Positions 1 through 7,959 of a stretch of 34,502 bases of DNA are shown piece by piece. A program made the translations under genes and the position numbers. Below the pieces are notes generated by a model that saw only the letters and a list, made by a program, of their open reading frames with translations, was not told the origin of the DNA and searched no databases. The stretch's first letter is position 1, and each line of letters opens with the position of its first letter. The DNA comes from a virus (Duplodnaviria > Caudoviricetes): positions 1-34,502 of the IMG/VR virus record IMGVR_UViG_3300006193_000026; one strand, 5' to 3'.

Positions 1-147
1 GTTCAAAAAGGTTTAAAAGCAGACCCTTTAAGAAATAAAAGACCGCTTAAAGAGTTTGCTGAATTAGCAAACCTTATTGGAGAGCAATTTGATGATATGA
101 CTACATTTAAAATTAAACAGGAGCAGGTATGTTTAAGCCTGATATAA
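1..147 (+). CDS. Partial CDS (3' end), hypothetical protein
   Basis: Frame 1 is open from base 1 (VQKGLKADPLRNKRPLKEF...VCLSLI) to TAA at 145-147 and overlaps the next start. Translated by hand. Confidence 0.6.
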   Translation, partial: VQKGLKADPLRNKRPLKEFAELANLIGEQFDDMTTFKIKQEQVCLSLI

Positions 148-473
148 TTAAAATGACAAATATGAAAGATAATTTACCACCTTGTCCAGCAATTTTTGAT
201 AAAGAGGAATTAATTAAAAATATGAACAGGGACTTGGAAGGTGAAAGAGCTGGTCCAGTTGCACTTAAGATTTTAGATATAAAAAATCCTAGAAGAACTT
301 GGATCCGTTATGAATATCATTTGGATGTTAGTTATAATACATCAACAAATGAAAAGGCCTATATTGTAATGCCTAATAATTATTTTGATGATAAGAGTTA
401 CCCTCTAGGATTTGAAGAACAATTATACAATAGGTTAGCAAGGGTACAACTATCAATTAACAAAGGAGTATAA
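129..473 (+). CDS. Hypothetical protein (114 aa)
   Basis: ORF track; AGGAG just upstream; no recognisable motif. Confidence 0.7.
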   Translation: MFKPDIIKMTNMKDNLPPCPAIFDKEELIKNMNRDLEGERAGPVALKILDIKNPRRTWIRYEYHLDVSYNTSTNEKAYIVMPNNYFDDKSYPLGFEEQLYNRLARVQLSINKGV

Positions 474-557
474 ATGAGCTATAATTTTAAATTGACTATA
501 TTTGCAATAATTACTATAATATTAGGAAATGGATTAGCTAATTATGTTTATTGGTAG
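474..557 (+). CDS. Small hydrophobic peptide (27 aa, MSYNFKLTIFAIITIILGNGLANYVYW)
   Basis: Not in the ORF track. AAGGAG SD upstream; ATG directly follows the previous stop; one TM-like stretch. Confidence 0.55.
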   Translation: MSYNFKLTIFAIITIILGNGLANYVYW

Positions 558-663
558 GATAATAATAATATGTTTATTAATTACTGGTTGTAGTAATTAT
601 AAATATGATCCAAGATTTACAATCATAAAACAAATAATAAAAATAGGAGGTAAAAATGAATAA
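544..663 (+). CDS. Small putative lipoprotein (39 aa)
   Basis: Not in the ORF track. MFIGRIIIICLLITG-CSNY... has a lipobox-like LITGC; overlaps both neighbours. Confidence 0.5.
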   Translation: MFIGRIIIICLLITGCSNYKYDPRFTIIKQIIKIGGKNE

Positions 664-934
664 AACAATTATGTTAATAACAATATCTATTTTGTTATTA
701 CAAGGTTGTGCTAAATATGTACCAGTGGTTGATACAAAAGGTAAAGCAAGATTTGAAACATCTAATGCTTCTGAAATTTCAGATGATCTTTTACATTGTT
801 CACATTTAGCAAAAGAAAACAGTACACTTTTAGGTAATATTAATTATTGGCTTGCAAGTAAAGAAGGTCATAATCAATATGCTGATATATATAAAAAATG
901 TATGACAGGGCGTAACCACCAAATATTAAAATAA
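656..934 (+). CDS. Putative lipoprotein (92 aa)
   Basis: AGGAGG SD; signal peptide MNKTIMLITISILLLQG-C with lipobox; two further Cys. Confidence 0.75.
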   Translation: MNKTIMLITISILLLQGCAKYVPVVDTKGKARFETSNASEISDDLLHCSHLAKENSTLLGNINYWLASKEGHNQYADIYKKCMTGRNHQILK

Positions 935-949
935 CATAGGAGTATAATA

Positions 950-2152
950 ATGACAATACTAAAAAGTAAAGTTAATACTGATGCTATTACAGACCAAGTA
1001 AGTTTAGCATCAGACTTTGAGTGGACAGGAGAAAATACATTTACTGTTCCAGAAGTTACATTACCTAAGGATTTTACAATAGGTGTTATAACTGGACCAA
1101 GTGGTACTGGTAAATCATCTATATTAAAAGCATTAGGTAGAACAGAAAAAACTGTAGTATGGGATCCTAATAAAGCAGTTTGTTCTCATTTTAGTTCTTT
1201 TGAAGAAGCATCAGAAAAACTAGGAGCCGTTGCTTTAAATAGTATACCTGATATATTAAAACCATATCATACATTAAGTACTGGACAAAAAGCCAGAGCA
1301 GATGTTGCAAGGGTTTTAGAATCTGGTGCTACCATAGATGAGTTTACTTCAACAGTAGATAGGAACGTTGGTAAAGCTATGGCTAATAGCATAAGAAAAT
1401 ATGTAGATAGAAAAGGTCTTAAAGATATATTATTAGTATCTTGTCACAGAGACTTTATTGAATATGCAACTCCTGATTTTACATTTGATACAAAGAGTTG
1501 CACTATGCAGCTAGGGAGGTCGGCCAGGAGAAGACCAGCAATTGAGCTATCCATTGTTAAAGCCAACAAAGAGTCTTGGCAAGTATTTAAAAGCCATCAT
1601 TACTTAACTGGTTCAATACCTAATAATACTCCACATGCTTATTTGTATTATTGGGGTAAGGAATTAATTGGTTTTGGAAGTTTAAATGCTTTTCCACATC
1701 CTAAATTAAAAGCCTGTATGAACATAGGTAGGGTGGTAGTGTTTCCAGACTTTCAAGGTCTTGGCTTTGGATATAAAATAATAGAAAACTTGGCTCAAAT
1801 AGCTACTCATAATTATAGTTATACAACTAAAAGTTATGGTAGGTGTAAAATTGTTACAGCTATTCCAGCATTGCAGGGTAAATTAATGTCTTCCGAAGAT
1901 TGGCAATTTATTAAGGGATCCGATGTTAGGAAAGAGCATAAGGAAACTGGGCGTAAGTTTGGTGGTTATGATGCAGCATATTATGAAAAACATTTAAAAA
2001 GAACAACAAAAGCTTTTCATTATGTTGGTCATAAAGGCTTTAAAGATATTACTCATTTAGTTGAAGATAAGTTAGCTGATGATAAGGGTAATATATTTAA
2101 TGATATGCCACCTATGTCAATTAATAATAATAATTACCAAAAGGAAATATAA
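950..2152 (+). CDS. ABC-type ATPase fused to a GNAT (Mom-like) acetyltransferase
   Basis: Walker A GPSGTGKS, signature-like LSTGQKAR, Walker B TIDEF, H-loop VSCH; C-terminal acetyl-CoA-binding motif RVVVFPDFQGLGFG. Confidence 0.85.
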   Translation: MTILKSKVNTDAITDQVSLASDFEWTGENTFTVPEVTLPKDFTIGVITGPSGTGKSSILKALGRTEKTVVWDPNKAVCSHFSSFEEASEKLGAVALNSIPDILKPYHTLSTGQKARADVARVLESGATIDEFTSTVDRNVGKAMANSIRKYVDRKGLKDILLVSCHRDFIEYATPDFTFDTKSCTMQLGRSARRRPAIELSIVKANKESWQVFKSHHYLTGSIPNNTPHAYLYYWGKELIGFGSLNAFPHPKLKACMNIGRVVVFPDFQGLGFGYKIIENLAQIATHNYSYTTKSYGRCKIVTAIPALQGKLMSSEDWQFIKGSDVRKEHKETGRKFGGYDAAYYEKHLKRTTKAFHYVGHKGFKDITHLVEDKLADDKGNIFNDMPPMSINNNNYQKEI

Positions 2153-2398
2153 ATGATAGTAATACCAACATGGTTACTATTTGTTTTAATTTTTTCAATT
2201 GTGATTCTATTTGTCTTTTATGAAGATTTATCAAAAAAGGTAAATAGGACTCAATTTGATCAATTACAAATAGGTATGATTGTTAATAAAAGTTTTATAG
2301 ATATAACTAATGATATGGAACTAGTAAATAAAGGACTGGATCAAATGAATGAGGACTATGATAAAATCAAAAATAGATTATCTAAAATTAATAGTTGA
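2153..2398 (+). CDS. Membrane-anchored hypothetical protein
   Basis: N-terminal TM helix (WLLFVLIFSIVILFVFY) followed by a coiled-coil-like tail. Confidence 0.7.
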   Translation: MIVIPTWLLFVLIFSIVILFVFYEDLSKKVNRTQFDQLQIGMIVNKSFIDITNDMELVNKGLDQMNEDYDKIKNRLSKINS

Positions 2399-2654
2399 TA
2401 ATACTGGAGAAAGTAAATTACAGACATTGTTAAAAAAGCAAGAAAGTTTAATTAAAAAGAAAATTTTTGCTCAAGAACAAATTAAGGGTATGAAAGCCTT
2501 AACTGTAATTTATGGAACAGAAATTATTAAAATAGAAGATGAATTATTGAAAATAACCAGGAGGAAAGAATATGTTGAAAGAACAGCTAAACAATTTAGA
2601 GACGCTGGGACCAATAGGAATAAAGATAAGAACTCAAATGGAAATGTTGTTTGA
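2358..2654 (+). CDS. Hypothetical coiled-coil protein
   Basis: ORF track 2349..2654; the ATG at 2358 follows GAGGA and is the likelier start. Confidence 0.6.
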   Translation: MIKSKIDYLKLIVDNTGESKLQTLLKKQESLIKKKIFAQEQIKGMKALTVIYGTEIIKIEDELLKITRRKEYVERTAKQFRDAGTNRNKDKNSNGNVV

Positions 2655-4860
2655 TAAATTATCTAATAAAACTGATAGTAATAGAAAACCAGATGTTGTA
2701 ACAGTTATTAATAATAATAAAATTGACTTTAATATTGCAATACAATTATCACATTCAATGATAGCTACTGGTGTATCTGAAGGTCAGAACTTAACACAAT
2801 TAGCAATTGCCATTGGTGATAGAATATTTAGTTATTATAATATTAGTAAAAAATCATCAATTGCTTTAAAGTTAGGTGTATTTATTATCAATTCATATAG
2901 CATATTATTTATGGTGGTAGTAAAATTAATAAGAGAATATTATCAACATAATAAAGTTAAAACTGTTTATAAAGTTTATGCTGGTAAAAATAGAAATGAT
3001 CTTAGAAAATTAGTAAAAGAGTTTGCTGAAGTTTCAGATCCTTACAAACCGTTATTAACTAAGGCTCCAGATTGGAAGTTTGGTACAGTAACAATAGACA
3101 ATGGTGAAGAAATTAAATTGATTAAAAATGTTAATAAAGATACATTAGCAAAAATTAATGAATATAATACTCCTATTGTTTTAAATGCAGTAAATAAAAA
3201 ACAAGCCATAGGTTATTATGTTAAACCTGAAGTATTTAATGTTTATAAATGGGCATTAAAAACTAACCAAGATTGTTTTGAACATAATTCTGTTAAAACA
3301 ATTTCTAAAGAAAGAGCATTGGCTAAGAAAAGAGAGGCTGAGCAAGTTTTAAATGCAACTAAGCCTTATGTTGGTACTGTATTTTATCAACAATATCAAG
3401 CAGATAACAGGGGAAGGTTATATCCATTGTCAGCTTATTTGAATGAATTAAACTCAGATAATGCTAAGGGTATGCTTACATTTGCAGAAGGTAAACCACT
3501 TGGCTTAACTGGATTAAATCAGTTATATCATCATATAGCTAATATGTATGGTGAGGATAAATTGCCCCATGAAGACAAAGTTAAATTTGTAGAAAATAAT
3601 TATTATGACTTTGTTAAATGTGGTAAGGATCCTTATACAGCTAAACGTTGGATGGAAGCAGAAGAGCCTTTTCAATTCTTATCATCTGTTATTGAATTAG
3701 CGGAACTTGATAAACATTTTGTTGATATTAAAAGTGTTGAAACTTTTGTATCTCATACAATTTGTTACAGAGATGGTTCTAATAATGGCTTACAATGGTT
3801 GTTTAGTTTAGCTAAGGATGATAAAAATGCTCATTTGGTTAATGTAGCTAAAAGTAATGATAATAAACCAGGTGATATGTATTCCCATGTAGCAGTTTCT
3901 GTTGTGGATAAAATGCATAAAGAAGCAGAAAAAGCAGATGACTTAGCTTTGGAATATTACAATTTATATTTTAAAGGCATAGAAAAACTTAGGAATAAGT
4001 TTAGAATTGCTGAATTAAATAGTGATACAAAAGCAGAGTTATATAAAAAACTAATAAGATGGTATCAAAGAAGATATAAAAGTCAACTTAAATTAACTGA
4101 TATTATTTATTGGGATAAGTCTAAGTTTACTGTTAAGGAGTGGAGAAAAATAGTAAAAAGAAATGTTATGACTTATGGTTATAGCGCAACAAAGCAAGGT
4201 ATGGGTGAGCAAATAATACAAGATACTAGAGATATAGATAATGTATATTTGAGTAACAAACAACACAGTGCGGCTAGGGCTTTGGGCGCTCTTGTTTATT
4301 TAACTATTGAACAAGAATTTCCTATGGTTTCTGAAACTATGAAGTTGTTTAAAGACAATTGTGAAAAATATATGAAGGATACTGGAAGACAATATTCTCA
4401 TAAAACATTAATTAGCAATTTTCCTTTTACACAAAAATATGTTAAATATAAAAGAGGTATTGTGTTTGTTCACGATGGTTTATATGTACAAAATGCAGAT
4501 AAATCTTACAAATGGGATTATCAATTAGAGTTAATTATAAAAACAGAACTAGCTGTACAAAACATTAGTAAAGCTAAGGCTGGAATAAGTCCTAATACAA
4601 TTCATAATTTGGACTCATTACATTTAATGCTTGTAATTGATAAATGCAACTTTGATATAGTATCAGCACATGATAGTTATGGTTCACATGCTTGTAATGT
4701 AGTTGATATGCAAAAATGTATCAGGGAGCAATTTAAATATATCATAGACCAGGATCCTCTTGAACATATATTAAAAGAAACAGGAAACTTGGTACCTATG
4801 ATTCAACGTGGCAATTTAGATAGCAGTGAAATATTGCAATCTGAATTTGCCTTTGCTTAA
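2572..4860 (+). CDS. T7/T3-family single-subunit DNA-directed RNA polymerase
   Basis: DNRGRLY; motif A RDGSNNGLQ; motif B RKIVKRNVMTYGY; ISPNTIHNLD; motif C AHDSYG; C-terminus EFAFA like T7 RNAP (FAFA). AGGAGG SD upstream. Confidence 0.97.
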   Translation: MLKEQLNNLETLGPIGIKIRTQMEMLFDKLSNKTDSNRKPDVVTVINNNKIDFNIAIQLSHSMIATGVSEGQNLTQLAIAIGDRIFSYYNISKKSSIALKLGVFIINSYSILFMVVVKLIREYYQHNKVKTVYKVYAGKNRNDLRKLVKEFAEVSDPYKPLLTKAPDWKFGTVTIDNGEEIKLIKNVNKDTLAKINEYNTPIVLNAVNKKQAIGYYVKPEVFNVYKWALKTNQDCFEHNSVKTISKERALAKKREAEQVLNATKPYVGTVFYQQYQADNRGRLYPLSAYLNELNSDNAKGMLTFAEGKPLGLTGLNQLYHHIANMYGEDKLPHEDKVKFVENNYYDFVKCGKDPYTAKRWMEAEEPFQFLSSVIELAELDKHFVDIKSVETFVSHTICYRDGSNNGLQWLFSLAKDDKNAHLVNVAKSNDNKPGDMYSHVAVSVVDKMHKEAEKADDLALEYYNLYFKGIEKLRNKFRIAELNSDTKAELYKKLIRWYQRRYKSQLKLTDIIYWDKSKFTVKEWRKIVKRNVMTYGYSATKQGMGEQIIQDTRDIDNVYLSNKQHSAARALGALVYLTIEQEFPMVSETMKLFKDNCEKYMKDTGRQYSHKTLISNFPFTQKYVKYKRGIVFVHDGLYVQNADKSYKWDYQLELIIKTELAVQNISKAKAGISPNTIHNLDSLHLMLVIDKCNFDIVSAHDSYGSHACNVVDMQKCIREQFKYIIDQDPLEHILKETGNLVPMIQRGNLDSSEILQSEFAFA

Positions 4861-4875
4861 AAGGAGTAATAATAA

Positions 4876-5019
4876 ATGGATAAATATATATATAAGACAT
4901 TAGAAATAATTGGAGATGCTTGGCAATGGTCATTTGACTTTGTTGATAGCCATACAGTTGAGGTTACATGGTTCGTTATAGGTGTAATATCAATATTAGC
5001 AATTCAATTTATATTTTAA
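4876..5019 (+). CDS. Small membrane protein (47 aa)
   Basis: Not in the ORF track. AAGGAG SD; MDKYIYK...WFVIGVISILAIQFIF with a C-terminal TM; stop overlaps the bS21 start (TAATG). Confidence 0.65.
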   Translation: MDKYIYKTLEIIGDAWQWSFDFVDSHTVEVTWFVIGVISILAIQFIF

Positions 5020-5246
5020 TGGCTATGATAAATAATAAAAGGGGTAATTTTTTAGTAATTGTTAAAGATAACAATATTGAAAAAGCTATCCGTAAAATGA
5101 AGACTAAAAGTACTAAACTTAATATAATGAAAACATATAGGGATAGACAAAGATATGAAAAACCAAGTGAAGTAAGGATTAGAAAAGAAAAGGAAGGTAG
5201 AATTAACCTTTATAAAGCCAAGAAAAAACGAGAACAAGAAGCATAG
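5019..5246 (+). CDS. rpsU: Phage-encoded 30S ribosomal protein bS21
   Basis: VIVKDNNIEKAIRKMK...RDRQRYEKPSEVRIRK fits the S21 pattern (V.V..NN.E.ALR..K, YEKPS..R). Start reassigned from 4968 to 5019. Confidence 0.92.
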   Translation: MAMINNKRGNFLVIVKDNNIEKAIRKMKTKSTKLNIMKTYRDRQRYEKPSEVRIRKEKEGRINLYKAKKKREQEA

Positions 5247-5261
5247 GCATATAAGGCTAAT

Positions 5262-5281
5262 TCAAATTCTATGTCTTACAG
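5262..5281 (+). promoter_or_regulatory. Candidate phage-RNAP promoter, copy 1 (TCAAATTCTATGTCTTACAG)
   Basis: 18/20 identical to the copy at 5425-5444; intergenic, downstream of the RNAP gene and upstream of the late genes. Confidence 0.55.
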
Positions 5282-5306
5282 AAAACAAAAAAAAAAAAAT
5301 AAGCCC

Positions 5307-5359
5307 ATCTATATACTATAGGATCTATTGAACTCTAAGTAGACCAATAGTATATAGAT
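5307..5359. repeat. Inverted repeat next to an A13 tract and TA-rich DNA
   Basis: ATCTATATACTAT (5307-5319) and ATAGTATATAGAT (5347-5359) are perfect 13-bp arms, extendable inward by GG(A)TCTA/TAGACC. Confidence 0.8.
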
Positions 5360-5424
5360 AATATATATATAGATATATAAATATATAATAAGACCCTTAT
5401 TCTAGGGCATTTTCAATAATCAAA

Positions 5425-5444
5425 TCAAATTCTATACCTTACAG
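5425..5444 (+). promoter_or_regulatory. Candidate phage-RNAP promoter, copy 2 (TCAAATTCTATACCTTACAG)
   Basis: Second copy of the 20-mer, 60 bp before the terS start; followed by a hairpin (5446-5474). Confidence 0.55.
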
Positions 5445-5504
5445 TACACAGTGCCGACTTCGGTATTATGTGTCAATTAAATTAAGTATATATAGGATAA
5501 ATTT

Positions 5505-5879
5505 ATGGCTGGAAAAGGTGGAGCAAGACCTGGTGCCGGTAGACCTCCAAAGTCTACTGTTGCAAAAAGTAGCATAGATAAATCAAGTATAGAAAAATTA
5601 AAAAAATTAAATATAGATCCTATTGACATATTAGTCAAGGAACTATCTAAACTTAAAGGCAAAGATGACTTTAGGTCCCAAAATTTAAGGGTACGAATAG
5701 CTGAAAAGTTAATTGAGTATTCTTATACAAAACAACCTGTTGGTCAGGCTAATATGCAATTGAACAATGTTCCGGTACTCACCATAGTGCAAAAAAGCGA
5801 CCCACAGGTTAAACCCGTTATAGAGTTAAAAGATAGTGAAGCAGAAATAATAATCCAAAGGCCAGTAAATGAAACCTAA
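5505..5879 (+). CDS. Terminase small subunit (probable)
   Basis: N-terminal GGARPGAGRP motif typical of TerS; size and position upstream of TerL. Confidence 0.75.
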   Translation: MAGKGGARPGAGRPPKSTVAKSSIDKSSIEKLKKLNIDPIDILVKELSKLKGKDDFRSQNLRVRIAEKLIEYSYTKQPVGQANMQLNNVPVLTIVQKSDPQVKPVIELKDSEAEIIIQRPVNET

Positions 5880-6222
5880 ACTTACTGAGAAAGTATATAA
5901 GGTATACGTTACGTACTATACTGATGGTTCATATTACATTGGGTTTACAGGTAAATCTGGATCTGCATTAGCTTCTTATTTTGGTAGTAATACTATCAAA
6001 GATAAGTTGGTAAGCCATAAAGAAATTGTTTGGACTTCTAAGTCTAAGGCAACAACTAAACTTTTTGAGCTTCTTTTACAATTATGTAGATTACATTCCC
6101 CTAAGTGCGTAAATATCATGTTAAATGTTAGGGTAAGAAAAGATCACTTAAAAGGCTTACCAAAATACAAAATAGAATTTGAAGAAAATAAATTTAATAA
6201 TATAGAGATAAATAATGAATAA
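5869..6222 (+). CDS. GIY-YIG-like endonuclease
   Basis: KVYVTYYTDGSYYIGFTG, downstream YFGS and a C-terminal Asn motif resemble Seg-type GIY-YIG domains. Confidence 0.6.
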   Translation: MKPKLTEKVYKVYVTYYTDGSYYIGFTGKSGSALASYFGSNTIKDKLVSHKEIVWTSKSKATTKLFELLLQLCRLHSPKCVNIMLNVRVRKDHLKGLPKYKIEFEENKFNNIEINNE

Positions 6223-6670
6223 TAAATTAATAGAACAATTAAAAGAACAATTAAAAATTGATGAAGGTGTAAAATATGAAGTTTATACAGATCACTTAGG
6301 CTATGCCACTTTTGGTATTGGTCATTTAATTACAACGGCTGATGAAGAATATAACTGGCCTATTGGAACTAAAGTAAGTGAAGAAAGAGTAAATGAAGTA
6401 TTTCTAAAAGATGTACAAACATTTATTAAGGAAACACAAAAGGTATTCCCAGACTTAATTAATAAGCCTGATAATATTCAAGTGGTTCTTGTTAATATGT
6501 GTTTTAATTTAGGTGCTCCAAGGTTAAATAAATTTATAAAGTTTATAACTGCAATTAATGATGAACAATGGATTGAAGCTGCTGTTGAAATGATGGATAG
6601 TAATTGGGCAAACCAAGTTGGTCCAAGGGCTATAAGATTAAGACAAACAGTTTTAGATCAACAAATATAA
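6215..6670 (+). CDS. Endolysin, T4-like lysozyme (GH24)
   Basis: LKIDEGVKYEVYTDHLGYATFGIGHL with the E-x8-D-x5-T catalytic triad; NMCFNLG and WANQVGPRA. Confidence 0.93.
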   Translation: MNNKLIEQLKEQLKIDEGVKYEVYTDHLGYATFGIGHLITTADEEYNWPIGTKVSEERVNEVFLKDVQTFIKETQKVFPDLINKPDNIQVVLVNMCFNLGAPRLNKFIKFITAINDEQWIEAAVEMMDSNWANQVGPRAIRLRQTVLDQQI

Positions 6671-6675
6671 AATAT

Positions 6676-7959
6676 ATGGATCATAAAATAGAACTTTTCG
6701 ACTTTCAACAGGAAGTTTTAATTGATCCTGCTAGGTTTAAGGTAATGGCAAGTGGACGTAGGGTAGGTAAATCTTACTTAGCTTGTGTTGCTGCATATCA
6801 ACATTGTTTAGAAGAGCCTGGAAGAAGAGCTATAATTATTGGTCCAACTGTATCAATGATAAGAGAAAGTATTTGGACAACATTAAAGAGCCTAGTTCAT
6901 AGAGATCATATGGTAGGTTTTCCAAGAGAAATAGATTTAGAAATTAGATTTATTAATGGTTCAAAAATTACTTTAAAAGGTTTTGATAGACCAGATGCTT
7001 TAAGAGGTATATCTCCATCACCTACATTTATTGTACTTGATGAGTTTGCTTATATTAAACAAAATGCCTTTACTGAAGTTATATTACCTATGACATCAGA
7101 TCCACAAAGAAAGGCTAAAGTATTTGTAATAAGTACACCCAAAGGTATTACCAATGACTTTTATAAGTTATGGGTAAGGGGTCAAGAAGATAAAACTGGC
7201 TTATGGAAGTCTTGGCAGTTTACTGCTGAGTCTGTACGACCAGATATGAAAGAAGAGTTAGACCTTGCAAGATCCACTATGGATGAAAAAAGCTTTAACC
7301 AAGAATATTGTGCTACATTTAATAATACAGGAGATAGTGTATTTTACAACTTTAACCGTAATGTTAATGTAACAGAAAATTTATTACCAATTGAACCAGG
7401 TGAGCCAATACATATAAGCATTGACTTTAATGTTAAGATAATGGCTTCAACTGTATGGTGCCACCGTGGTAACCAATTGCATGCCATGGACGAGTTTTAT
7501 GGTAATGCTGATACATATCAATTAATTAGATCTATAAAAGGTAGATATAAGAATAGAGATATAACATGTTACCCAGATGCTTCCGGTAGGGCAATGAAAA
7601 CCTCGGCTGCTACTGGTACAACAGATTTTAGTATTTTAAGAAATGCTGGCTTTAAGGTGTTAGCTAGGTCAAAGCAACCACCTATAATAGACAGTGTTAA
7701 TAGTGTAAATGCTTTATTAAAAGATGCCAATGGTAACAGCAGGTTATACTTTAATAAGCAAACAACTCCAAGGACAATTGCCTCAATTGAGACAACCACT
7801 TGGAAGGCAGGTTTTACTACTGGTATGGACAATGCAATTATAGACAAATCAAAAGGTGTTGAACACTTTTCTGATGGTATAAGATATATAAGTGAGTTTC
7901 TATATCCAATAGGTAAACACAAACCACAAGTTATCCGTGATAGGGCGTGGTCGTTTTAG
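6676..7959 (+). CDS. Terminase large subunit
   Basis: Walker A SGRRVGKS, Walker B IVLDEFA, coupling motif ISTPKG; nuclease motifs ISIDFN, YPDASG and HFSDGIRY. ATG 6676 preferred over the TTG-type start at 6604. Confidence 0.96.
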   Translation: MDHKIELFDFQQEVLIDPARFKVMASGRRVGKSYLACVAAYQHCLEEPGRRAIIIGPTVSMIRESIWTTLKSLVHRDHMVGFPREIDLEIRFINGSKITLKGFDRPDALRGISPSPTFIVLDEFAYIKQNAFTEVILPMTSDPQRKAKVFVISTPKGITNDFYKLWVRGQEDKTGLWKSWQFTAESVRPDMKEELDLARSTMDEKSFNQEYCATFNNTGDSVFYNFNRNVNVTENLLPIEPGEPIHISIDFNVKIMASTVWCHRGNQLHAMDEFYGNADTYQLIRSIKGRYKNRDITCYPDASGRAMKTSAATGTTDFSILRNAGFKVLARSKQPPIIDSVNSVNALLKDANGNSRLYFNKQTTPRTIASIETTTWKAGFTTGMDNAIIDKSKGVEHFSDGIRYISEFLYPIGKHKPQVIRDRAWSF

